Source: Candidatus Nanohalarchaeota archaeon (lineage in GTDB: Archaea; EX4484-52). Taken from it: a stretch of DNA of 34,029 bases. The translations under genes were made by a program, and so were the position numbers. The notes under the pieces were generated by a model, which had not been told where the DNA came from, searched no databases, and was given only the letters and a program-made list of their open reading frames with translations. Location of the stretch: assembly GCA_030632385.1 (NCBI GenBank), contig DAOVUW010000001.1, positions 1 through 34,029 of the forward strand. The letters are read 5' to 3'. This document shows, one piece after another, positions 1-7,770 of the stretch. Numbering within the stretch: the stretch's first letter is position 1; every line of letters starts with the position of its first letter.

Positions 1-141
1 CAGATACCAGAATTAAGCGATAAAATCACAATCCAAACATCTTCTTATACACCTATTGCAAAAGGAAAAATTGAAAAACATCCAAATTTAACTTTAATAG
101 AAGAACCAGAAATTTCTGAAGAAGTTGAAGAAAGCGCATAA
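1..141 (+). CDS. 3' end of an unidentified CDS truncated by the window edge (…KGKIEKHPNLTLIEEPEISEEVEESA*)
   Basis: Frame 1 is open from the window edge to TAA at 139-141 and ends in an acidic C-terminus. No recognisable domain. Confidence 0.3.
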   Translation, partial: QIPELSDKITIQTSSYTPIAKGKIEKHPNLTLIEEPEISEEVEESA

Positions 142-176
142 TTATTTTTTTGGAATTTCTATAAAACTAAGAAATT

Positions 177-782
177 ATGAAAGACACAAATATACAAAAA
201 GAATTAAAAATTGCAGGATATGCAGGAATCGTTAATTTAGCTTTAATGATTCCTATCTTGGCGATGAGTTTTATGCGTATCATGGGTTCTTTTTCTAATC
301 CAGTGATTATTGCGTATATTATATCATCGATTATTACAATAATGGTCGCCATATTATTTTTTAGAGGATTTATATTAATCGGAGAAAAACTCCAAAATCA
401 GTTTCTTGTCAAAAGTTCATACATTATTGTAATCACAACAATTATTTTTTGTATTTATGATATGCTTTCGCTCGGATTTCCTTTTATTGAAAGTGAATTG
501 ATTGCAATAGTAATCTTATTTTTAATGGGAATTATCAACATATTTTTCGGTATAGGCATATATAAATTAAAGGATAAATTCGGAAATATTGCAATAGCAG
601 CAGGCATTTTAGAAATAATAATGGGCATTATGTATTCTTCAATATTGTTGGTATTTATTGCAATAATTTTAACAATTCCTGTAGTTATTCTTGAAATTAT
701 AATTTTGTTTCGTGCAGCAGATAAATTTGCGGAAAAGAAACCCAAAAAAGAAACCTCAAAAGTCAATCAAGAAAGTAAATAA
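177..782 (+). CDS. Multi-pass membrane protein, paralog A of a tandem pair (unknown family)
   Basis: 201-aa ORF with several hydrophobic segments. Shares with the next gene the N-terminal MKD.NI.K.LK.AGYAGI, the central GF.LIG.KL.NQFLV, and the C-terminal YKLKD.FGNIA..AGIL.II.GI … IIILFRA..KF. Confidence 0.6.
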   Translation: MKDTNIQKELKIAGYAGIVNLALMIPILAMSFMRIMGSFSNPVIIAYIISSIITIMVAILFFRGFILIGEKLQNQFLVKSSYIIVITTIIFCIYDMLSLGFPFIESELIAIVILFLMGIINIFFGIGIYKLKDKFGNIAIAAGILEIIMGIMYSSILLVFIAIILTIPVVILEIIILFRAADKFAEKKPKKETSKVNQESK

Positions 783-784
783 TT

Positions 785-1459
785 ATGAAAGACAAAAACA
801 TAAAAAAACAATTAAAAAGTGCAGGATATGCCGGAATTGCTTCACTGGTTTTATTTATTGTCTGGTCTATATTAACCATATTCATGGAATATCTTTCAAT
901 TATATTGTATGATAAAGAGATTTCAACTGTATTGTATGCTATTATAACAATAATTTTAGCCGTCTCCGTCATATATTTCTTCAAAGGATTTGTTTTGATT
1001 GGGAAAAAACTGAAAAATCAGTTTCTTGTTGCAAATTCATATATTTTCATAATATTTGTTGTTATTTATTCAGCATATTTAATAATTGGTGGAGGGATTT
1101 TCCCATCATGTGAAAATTTAGAAAAAATAGAAAATATACCGGAAAACTCTTTTGAAACTAAATATTATTGTTGGGAGGACGATTTTAATATTGAACTTTT
1201 GCCGATAGAATTTTGGATTAAATCTGTAATTATGCTTATTTTGATATGGTCTTTTGGCATTATTAATATATTTTTTGGAATTGTTATTTATAAATTGAAA
1301 GATGAATTTGGGAACATTGCAAAATCAGCAGGTATTCTGCATATAATTGCAGGTATTTTATCTATGTTAATATATTACGAAATTGCTGTCTTTTTAATGC
1401 TTTTCAGTACGATTCTGGATATCATAATTCTATTCCGTGCATCAGAAAAATTTAAATAA
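785..1459 (+). CDS. Multi-pass membrane protein, paralog B of the tandem pair, with a ~37-aa Cys-containing loop insertion
   Basis: 224-aa ORF starting 2 nt after the stop of paralog A. Same conserved blocks as paralog A. Extra segment PSCENLEKIENIPENSFETKYYCWEDDFNIELLPIE at about nt 1103-1213. Confidence 0.6.
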   Translation: MKDKNIKKQLKSAGYAGIASLVLFIVWSILTIFMEYLSIILYDKEISTVLYAIITIILAVSVIYFFKGFVLIGKKLKNQFLVANSYIFIIFVVIYSAYLIIGGGIFPSCENLEKIENIPENSFETKYYCWEDDFNIELLPIEFWIKSVIMLILIWSFGIINIFFGIVIYKLKDEFGNIAKSAGILHIIAGILSMLIYYEIAVFLMLFSTILDIIILFRASEKFK

Positions 1460-1561
1460 TATGGACAAAAAAATCTAGTGAATCTGTAGTTAAGAAAAAA
1501 ATGCCGTATTTTTTTGCATATCATAAAATGGAGTTTTAAAATACAAATTAAATAGAAAAAT

Positions 1562-1586
1562 AAAAAAACAACCTGTCAAAGACAGG
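1562..1586 (-). terminator. Hairpin plus T-run downstream of ftsZ (read on the minus strand)
   Basis: cctgtc-aaa-gacagg (1572-1586) lies 10 nt past the ftsZ stop. On the minus strand it is followed by ttgttttttta. Confidence 0.45.
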
Positions 1587-1595
1587 ATAGATTAT

Positions 1596-2771
1596 TTAAA
1601 CAAAATCAATTCCAAGCTTGGTTTCCATTTGTGCTCTGTGCCTTTCCCTAAATTCTTGTTTATGCGCCCCGTATATTTGTGTTGATTTAACGCCGGTCAC
1701 AATTACCATTACGCGAATCAAATCACCTAATTCTTTTTCAATAGAAGCACCCCATATTATTTTTGCATCAGGCGACAATTTACTGGTTACTTCTTCAACA
1801 ACTTGTTTGGATTCCTTTAGTGTAAGAGAACTTCCACCGACAACATTTATTAATGCTCCTGTTGCCCCTTCTATATCTACATCAAGCAATGGATTATTAA
1901 GCGCTTTTTTTACAGCTTCTGTCGCTCTTTTTTCTGTATCACTTTCAGCCATTCCAATCATTGCAACGCCTCCTTCATTCATTATGGCTTTGATGTCTGC
2001 AAAGTCGAGATTAATAAGACCTGGTTTTGTTACCATTTCTGTAATTCCTTTTACTGCATTTACCAAAATTTCATCTGATATCTTAAATGCTGTATTAATT
2101 GAAACATCCGGCGCTATCTGAAGCAATTTGTCATTTGGTATAATTATAAGCGTATCCACATTGCTTTCTAATTTTTCAAGACCTGTTTTTGCATTGTTTA
2201 TTCTATGTGCTCCTTCCATTGTAAATGGAACTGTAACAATAGCAACAGTTAATGCTCCGCTTTTTTTGGCTGTCTCTGCTACTACTGGTGCAGAACCTGT
2301 TCCTGTTCCGCCTCCAAGTCCGCAAGTAATAAAGACCATATCTGATTTTGACATCGCGCTTTTTATACTTTCTCTTGATTCTTTTGCAGATGATTCGCCC
2401 ACAGCTGGATTTGAACCTGCGCCAAGTCCATTTGTAAGTTCAACACCAATTAATATTTTCTCATTTGCCTGAGTGTATAATAAATCCTGTGCATCTGTAT
2501 TTATTGCAATTGTATCTGCGCCAATTATACCCACATCTGAAAGACGATTCAATGTATTCTTGCCTGCTCCACCACAACCAATAACTTTTACTTTTGCTCT
2601 TCTTTGTTCAAGAATTGTTTTCAGATCATCATTGATTGACTGCTGCCTTTTTTGGACAGAAGAATCTATTATTTCCCTCGGACTTTCTTCCAAAATACTA
2701 CTCATTTCGCTTCTTTCATCTCTGCTATTTATTTCTTCTCTTCCCAATACATTTTCTATTAAAGAATCCAT
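1596..2771 (-). CDS. ftsZ: Cell division GTPase FtsZ
   Basis: VIGCGGAGKNTLNRL, the tubulin signature GLGGGTGTGSAPVVAE, NTDAQDL, and a T7-loop region LINLDFADIK. Confidence 0.95.
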   Translation of the reverse strand: MDSLIENVLGREEINSRDERSEMSSILEESPREIIDSSVQKRQQSINDDLKTILEQRRAKVKVIGCGGAGKNTLNRLSDVGIIGADTIAINTDAQDLLYTQANEKILIGVELTNGLGAGSNPAVGESSAKESRESIKSAMSKSDMVFITCGLGGGTGTGSAPVVAETAKKSGALTVAIVTVPFTMEGAHRINNAKTGLEKLESNVDTLIIIPNDKLLQIAPDVSINTAFKISDEILVNAVKGITEMVTKPGLINLDFADIKAIMNEGGVAMIGMAESDTEKRATEAVKKALNNPLLDVDIEGATGALINVVGGSSLTLKESKQVVEEVTSKLSPDAKIIWGASIEKELGDLIRVMVIVTGVKSTQIYGAHKQEFRERHRAQMETKLGIDFV

Positions 2772-2825
2772 TTTACCCCTCTTTCTTTTTCTTTACTACA
2801 GTTATCATAACTGTATAAATTATAT

Positions 2826-3518
2826 TTATTCTTTTATGTTTTTAAATGTTTCGACAAATGTCACTTCGTCTATTTTTTCAATAAATTCTGTTGAATATTT
2901 TGCAATAAGTTGTTTTATAACAGAATTGTCTAATTCTTTCGGAAGATTAATTGTAAGTACATTTCCTGTTATATGTTTTTCTATTTTCTCGTGTTTTTCT
3001 GGAATAAACATCTTAATTACTGCATCTGTTTTTTCTTCTATTGTTTTAAATACTTTATTTACTGTCAATTCATACTCTATTTCTTTTCCTGCAAGCACAT
3101 GATTGAAATCAACACGAACCCTTCCTGCTGAAACAGACACTATTTTTCCGGTTACTTTTTCCTTTTTATCTTCTATTTCTATTCTCTGACCGACAATAGG
3201 ATTTATTTTCTTTTCTTTTAAAACAGAAGATGAAAATACTTTAATCATTTTGGCATCTCTTTGTCCAAATGCATCTTTTGGCTCAAATGAAAAAGTAAAG
3301 TTCTTACCCATATCTTTTTCATCTATTTTGAAAATTTTATCTTCAAGAGCTTTCAATACAAACCCCTGTCCCATAATTATAACAAGAGGATGATAAGAAT
3401 AAGATTCATTGTATATATTCAACTCTTTGGCTTTTTTTTCATTTGTGAGATCAAATACATCGCCTGTTTTCTTTATTTTGCCCACGTAATCTATTTCAAC
3501 AAAATCATTTTTCTTCAT
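2826..3518 (-). CDS. FKBP-type peptidyl-prolyl cis-trans isomerase (archaeal long, SlyD-like form with insert-in-flap and C-terminal domain)
   Basis: N-terminal V.IDY.GK…G.VFD pattern, AFGQRD, and VDFNHVLAGKEIEYEL, which is typical of archaeal FKBPs. Confidence 0.85.
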   Translation of the reverse strand: MKKNDFVEIDYVGKIKKTGDVFDLTNEKKAKELNIYNESYSYHPLVIIMGQGFVLKALEDKIFKIDEKDMGKNFTFSFEPKDAFGQRDAKMIKVFSSSVLKEKKINPIVGQRIEIEDKKEKVTGKIVSVSAGRVRVDFNHVLAGKEIEYELTVNKVFKTIEEKTDAVIKMFIPEKHEKIEKHITGNVLTINLPKELDNSVIKQLIAKYSTEFIEKIDEVTFVETFKNIKE

Positions 3519-3596
3519 AAAATATAATTCAAGAGAAGATTTAAAAGGTTATTTTTTGTTTCAAATCTTAATTTTTCTCACAAATAAAATATATAA

Positions 3597-3669
3597 CGCT
3601 CCTGACAGGACTCGAACCTGTGGCAACTTGGTTAACAGCCAAGCGCTCTACCTACTGAGCTACAGGAGC
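3597..3669 (-). tRNA. tRNA-Asn (anticodon GTT)
   Basis: Complete 73-nt cloverleaf read by hand: GCTCCTG/TA/GCTC-AGTAGGTA-GAGC/G/CTTGG-CTGTTAA-CCAAG/TTGCC/ACAGG-TTCGAGT-CCTGT/CAGGAGC/G. CCA is not encoded. Confidence 0.95.
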
Positions 3670-3800
3670 TTTAAACTATGATTTACTATGAACTATGAAA
3701 TCCGATCAATAAGAAAACCTTTTGTCACTATACTATTAACAACAATACTATTGTTGACACATCTTTCATACCCCAAACGCATTGTCAGATAAAGAGGACA

Positions 3801-4118
3801 TTATATTTTTCTTTCAATTAACCGTATTTCAATATTTACAGAGTCAGGCATTTCCATACGCATGATGTGTTTTAAGATTCTCTCATTCATACCTATATCA
3901 ATCAGTCTTTTATGAATTCTCATTTCCCATTTCTCGTAAGTTGAGGTTCCATCGCCAGAAACTGCTTTTCTGGTAACAATCGATAATTTTTTCGTAGGCA
4001 ACATTATAGGACCTTTTATTTTTGCCTTAAACCTCATCGAAAGAGATTTTATTTCGTTTATTGTGCTATTTAAAGACTCTATTGAATTACTTGTTAATTT
4101 CATTCTTGCTATTTGCAT
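3801..4118 (-). CDS. rps10: 30S ribosomal protein uS10
   Basis: 105 aa. ARMKL.S.....L…I…KGPI.LPTKKL.I.TRK..SGDGT.T.EKWEMRIHKRLIDI is typical of archaeal S10. Confidence 0.9.
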   Translation of the reverse strand: MQIARMKLTSNSIESLNSTINEIKSLSMRFKAKIKGPIMLPTKKLSIVTRKAVSGDGTSTYEKWEMRIHKRLIDIGMNERILKHIMRMEMPDSVNIEIRLIERKI

Positions 4119-4188
4119 ACTTATGGTATGTAATTAGATTTAAAAAGTTTTCAATGTTATTTGCTTAATAAGAGTCAATAGAAATAAT
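4119..4188. promoter_or_regulatory. Divergent promoter spacer between uS10 and uS19
   Basis: 70-bp AT-rich spacer between divergent starts. A TATA-like tttaaaaa lies at 4139-4146, about 45 nt upstream of the uS19 ATG. Confidence 0.3.
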
Positions 4189-4575
4189 ATGGCAAAAGAA
4201 TTTTACTTTAGAAACAGGACAATAGAAGAGTTGGACAAAATGTCAATTAATGAATTTTCAGAACTGTTAAAATCCAGACAAAGGAGATTACTAAAAAGAG
4301 GATTGAAAAATAATGAAAAAAAATTCATTGAAAAAGTAAAAAAAGCAGGATCTGAAGATTATGTAAAAACACATTTAAGACACATACCTGTTCTTCCTTG
4401 TTTTATTGGCAAAAAAATAGGCATCTATCAGGGAAAGGAATTCACATCTGTAATTATGCAACCAGAAATGCTCGGACATAGATTAGGAGAATTTACAATG
4501 ACAAGAAGAAAAATAGTTCATTCTGCAGCAGGACTTGGGGCTACAAGAGGAAGTAAATTCGTATCTAAGAAATAA
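4189..4575 (+). CDS. rps19: 30S ribosomal protein uS19
   Basis: …IGKKIGIYQGKEFTSV.I.PEMLGHRLGEF..TRR.V.HSAAG.GATRGSKF. Confidence 0.9.
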   Translation: MAKEFYFRNRTIEELDKMSINEFSELLKSRQRRLLKRGLKNNEKKFIEKVKKAGSEDYVKTHLRHIPVLPCFIGKKIGIYQGKEFTSVIMQPEMLGHRLGEFTMTRRKIVHSAAGLGATRGSKFVSKK

Positions 4576-4579
4576 TATT

Positions 4580-5023
4580 ATGGTAAGCGGATATGCAGTA
4601 GAAACAGACCCAAAAACAACCAGTCGTGTTTTAGGAAGAAATTTATCTATTTCAAAAAAATATTCTGTTGAAGTAGGGAGAACAATAAAAGGAATGAAAT
4701 TAAAAGATGCAAGAAAAAAATTACAAAACGCAATAGAATTAAAAGAACCTATACAATTCGTAAAATATAAAAGATCTACGGGTCACAGGAAAGGAGGTGT
4801 AATTGGAAAATATCCTAAAAATGTATGTCTTGCGGTTGACAATCTTCTCGATACACTTGAAAAAAATGCAATCGACAAAGGTTTGGATGACAAGAAATTA
4901 TACATCAAATATGTTTTTGTTGCAAAAGCATTTAGATTTCCAAGAAGAAGAAAAGTAAGCTTAAGAGGACAACGAAGAAAAAATACCAATGTCGGTATTG
5001 TCTGTGAGGAGGTATATCAATAA
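4580..5023 (+). CDS. rpl22: 50S ribosomal protein uL22
   Basis: Follows uS19 in the conserved order. Contains ISKKYSVEVGRTIKGMKLKDARKKLQ and GHRKG. I chose ATG 4580 just after the uS19 stop rather than the track start 4535, which overlaps uS19. Confidence 0.85.
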   Translation: MVSGYAVETDPKTTSRVLGRNLSISKKYSVEVGRTIKGMKLKDARKKLQNAIELKEPIQFVKYKRSTGHRKGGVIGKYPKNVCLAVDNLLDTLEKNAIDKGLDDKKLYIKYVFVAKAFRFPRRRKVSLRGQRRKNTNVGIVCEEVYQ

Positions 5024-5034
5024 TAATAAACAAT

Positions 5035-5919
5035 ATGAATGAATTAAATTTTATAAAAGAAGGAATACAAAAAGAAGAAATAAATCGCTTTATTACAAAA
5101 GAAATAGGACAAAGTCAGATAAGCCAATGTATAATTAAAAAAACGCCATTATATACACATGTACTTATTTATACTCAAAGACCTGCCAGAATAGTAGGAT
5201 ACAAAGGCACAAAATTAATGCACCTGAAAGAAACAATATCTTCTAAATTCAAGATAAAAAGTCTTAAAATGGATGTTTATAGTATAGACAATCCTTATCT
5301 AGATGCAAGTTTGATGGCAAATTTCATCGCAAGATCCTTGGAACAAGGCAAAAAACATAAAAGAGTAGTTTCTTTTATTATCGAAAAAATTATGTCTTCA
5401 GGAGCAATAGGCGTCGAGATAAATGTTACCGGCAAGATAAGCGGTTCGAGAAGCAGAGGAGACAAATTTTACAGAGGTTATCTTAAAAAATGCGGAGATC
5501 CTATTTATACATGCATAGACAAGAAAAAAGTAAGCGCTGTTTTAAAACAAGGATGCATCGGCATAAAGGTTACAATCATGAAAATCATGCCTGATGTAAT
5601 GCAATTGGAAAGCAACATCAATGCATTGGAAGTTCGTCTGAAAAGAGAATTTGAAAAAGCAGAAAAAGAGAAAAATAAAATAGAAACAAATGAAAAAGCA
5701 GAAACCCAAATGGTAGAGGGAAAAACAGATGACAAAAAGATTGTAGAAAACAAAGCAGAAGAAAAGTCAGTTGAAAAAACGAAAAAAACCGTGGAAGAAA
5801 AGGAAGAATCGAAAAAACTGGATGAAATTGAAGATAAAAAACCAGTAAAAAAAGAAACAAAAAAAGAAGAAATCCAAAAAGTAGAAGAAAAAGAAAAAGC
5901 TACTAAAACAAAAGAATAA
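5035..5919 (+). CDS. rps3: 30S ribosomal protein uS3 with a ~95-aa Lys/Glu-rich C-terminal extension
   Basis: KH-domain region RPARIVGYKGTKL, then GAIGVEINVTGKISGSRSR and GCIGIKV. The low-complexity K/E tail starts at about aa 200. Confidence 0.9.
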   Translation: MNELNFIKEGIQKEEINRFITKEIGQSQISQCIIKKTPLYTHVLIYTQRPARIVGYKGTKLMHLKETISSKFKIKSLKMDVYSIDNPYLDASLMANFIARSLEQGKKHKRVVSFIIEKIMSSGAIGVEINVTGKISGSRSRGDKFYRGYLKKCGDPIYTCIDKKKVSAVLKQGCIGIKVTIMKIMPDVMQLESNINALEVRLKREFEKAEKEKNKIETNEKAETQMVEGKTDDKKIVENKAEEKSVEKTKKTVEEKEESKKLDEIEDKKPVKKETKKEEIQKVEEKEKATKTKE

Positions 5920-5926
5920 TATCAAT

Positions 5927-6136
5927 ATGGCAATATTAAAAAATACTGAAATAAAGCAGAAATCGAGAGAAGAATTAAACAAAATACTTTATGATCTTAA
6001 TTTTGAGTTATTAAAAGAAAGAGGAAAAATACAAATAGGTAGTCCTCCTGAAAACACAGGAAAAATATCTCAAATAAGAAAAACAATTGCAAGAATAAAA
6101 ACTTATTTAAATGTGAATGATTCTATAATATCATAG
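5927..6136 (+). CDS. rpl29: 50S ribosomal protein uL29
   Basis: 69 aa in the conserved position after uS3. Contains EL…L..L..EL..ER and I.QIRKTIARIKT. Ends with TAG. Confidence 0.8.
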   Translation: MAILKNTEIKQKSREELNKILYDLNFELLKERGKIQIGSPPENTGKISQIRKTIARIKTYLNVNDSIIS

Positions 6137-6161
6137 AATAAAAAAAGAGGAAATTTAAAAG

Positions 6162-6461
6162 ATGGGTGAAATCTGTAGTAAATGTGGCTTACCAAAAGAA
6201 TTATGCATCTGTACTACTCTTTTTAAAGAACAACAAAACATAAAAGTTTATAAAAAAAAAAAAAGATTTGGTAAATTCGCAACCATTGTTGATGGAATAA
6301 ATGTGAAAGATGTAAATATAAAAGAACTTGGGAAAAAATTAAAGACCCACCTTGCATGTGGTGGAACTATAAAAGATGATAAAATAGAGTTACAGGGCAA
6401 TCAGAAATCAAAAACAATAGAATTCCTAAAAAAACAGGGCTTTAGCAATATAGAATCATAA
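6162..6461 (+). CDS. Translation initiation factor aSUI1 (eIF1 homolog)
   Basis: N-terminal Zn-knuckle CSKCGLPKELCIC, then KRFGK..T.V.G and LK..LACGGT.KD..IELQG. Confidence 0.85.
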   Translation: MGEICSKCGLPKELCICTTLFKEQQNIKVYKKKKRFGKFATIVDGINVKDVNIKELGKKLKTHLACGGTIKDDKIELQGNQKSKTIEFLKKQGFSNIES

Positions 6462-7684
6462 TGATATATGACTTTTTTAAATTAGCGGTGTCGAGCATAA
6501 AACAGAGAAAAATGCGTTCGTGGCTGACAATGATAGGTATATTTATAGGAATAGCTGCGGTTGTTTCTTTAATTTCTTTGGGTGATGGTATGCAGTCCGC
6601 CATCAATGAACAATTTGAAAAAATGGGTTCTGATAAGATTATGGTTATGCCTGGTGGCGCAGGCGGTGTTGGAATGATGAACATGATGACTTCTGCTGCT
6701 AAATTAACAGAGGATGATTTAAAAATAATAAAAAAACAAAGCGGAGTGGATGTAGCAGGAGGCATGATTTTTAAATCCGTTGCTGTAAAATACAAAGATA
6801 AAACAAAATACAGTTTCGTCAATGGGATTCCAACAGATGACACGCAAGATATTTTTAAAGACATGGAATCTTATGAAATGCTCAAAGGTCGTGATTTAAA
6901 AGAAGGAAATGACAAAGAAGTATTAATTGGATACGATATTGCATATACTGATTACTTTGACAAAAGACCAAAATTAAGAGACAAAATATATATAATGGAC
7001 AAACCATTTACAATTATCGGTGTGATTGACAGAATCGGAAATTCTCAGGATGATTCAAGTTTATATGTAACTTTTGATGCAGCAAGTGACTTATTCGGAA
7101 CAAAAGATGAATATGGCATTATTCTTGTAAAAGTCAAACCCAATGTCAAACCAGCTGATTTAGCAGAAATTCTGAAAAAAAAGTTAAGAAGAGAAAGAAG
7201 AGAGAAAGAAGGAGAAGAAAGTTTTCAGGTTCAGACAACAGAACAGTTGTTAAATCAAGTTAATTCGCTATTAGACGTAATTAACGCAGTATTAATTGCA
7301 ATAGCATCTATTGCTTTGGTAGTTGGAGGGGTCGGCATAATGAATACAATGTATACTTCTATTGTAGAGCGGACAAAAGATATCGGCATAATGAAAGCAA
7401 TAGGTGCAACAGACAGCCAGATATTGTCAATCTTTTTATTTGAAGCAGGAATTTATGGACTTGTTGGTGGGACAATTGGAGTGATACTTGGCTATATGAT
7501 AAGCAAATCAGCAGAATATATAACTGTTGTTGTTTTGCAGCAGGAATTACTCTCTGTAACTTATGATCCTTATTTAATCGGTGGAGCTCTTGCATTTTCC
7601 ACAATTCTCGGCATTCTTTCGGGAATATTTCCTGCAAAAAAAGCAGCAGATATGGAACCTGTCGATGCATTAAGATATGAATAA
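6461..7684 (+). CDS. ABC transporter permease, MacB/FtsX family (no cognate ATPase gene adjacent)
   Basis: N-terminal TM helix, large extracytoplasmic domain and C-terminal FtsX-type block (GGVGIMNTMYTSIVERTKDIGIMKAIGA…, …PA.KAA.M.PV.ALRYE). The ATG overlaps the SUI1 stop by 1 nt. Confidence 0.8.
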   Translation: MIYDFFKLAVSSIKQRKMRSWLTMIGIFIGIAAVVSLISLGDGMQSAINEQFEKMGSDKIMVMPGGAGGVGMMNMMTSAAKLTEDDLKIIKKQSGVDVAGGMIFKSVAVKYKDKTKYSFVNGIPTDDTQDIFKDMESYEMLKGRDLKEGNDKEVLIGYDIAYTDYFDKRPKLRDKIYIMDKPFTIIGVIDRIGNSQDDSSLYVTFDAASDLFGTKDEYGIILVKVKPNVKPADLAEILKKKLRRERREKEGEESFQVQTTEQLLNQVNSLLDVINAVLIAIASIALVVGGVGIMNTMYTSIVERTKDIGIMKAIGATDSQILSIFLFEAGIYGLVGGTIGVILGYMISKSAEYITVVVLQQELLSVTYDPYLIGGALAFSTILGILSGIFPAKKAADMEPVDALRYE

Positions 7685-7770
7685 AAAAATTGAAATTATT
7701 CTTCCCTTATTTATTTAAAAGTTCTGTTGAATTATTTATTAATTACATTAATTACAAAAGAGGGAGTTGT

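Noticed and set aside
1618-3102. Three long plus-strand ORFs (167, 114 and 209 aa) antisense to ftsZ and the FKBP gene
   Set aside because: They are shadow ORFs. The minus-strand products carry unmistakable FtsZ and FKBP motifs, and the antisense translations are low-complexity Ser/Phe/Ile-rich.
5505-5982. Minus-strand Phe/Leu-rich ORFs (71-82 aa) over the uS3 tail
   Set aside because: They are the mirror image of the AAA/GAA-rich Lys/Glu tail coding sequence, so this is a compositional artefact.
7690-7770. TTG-initiated 27-aa N-terminal extension of the AOR fusion; likewise TTG starts at 13788 and 29404
   Set aside because: Downstream ATGs align with the family N-termini (MFGYIGKIL…) and, at 7771, follow a GGGAG-type ribosome-binding site. 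The 29404 start would overlap the divergent ATPase start.
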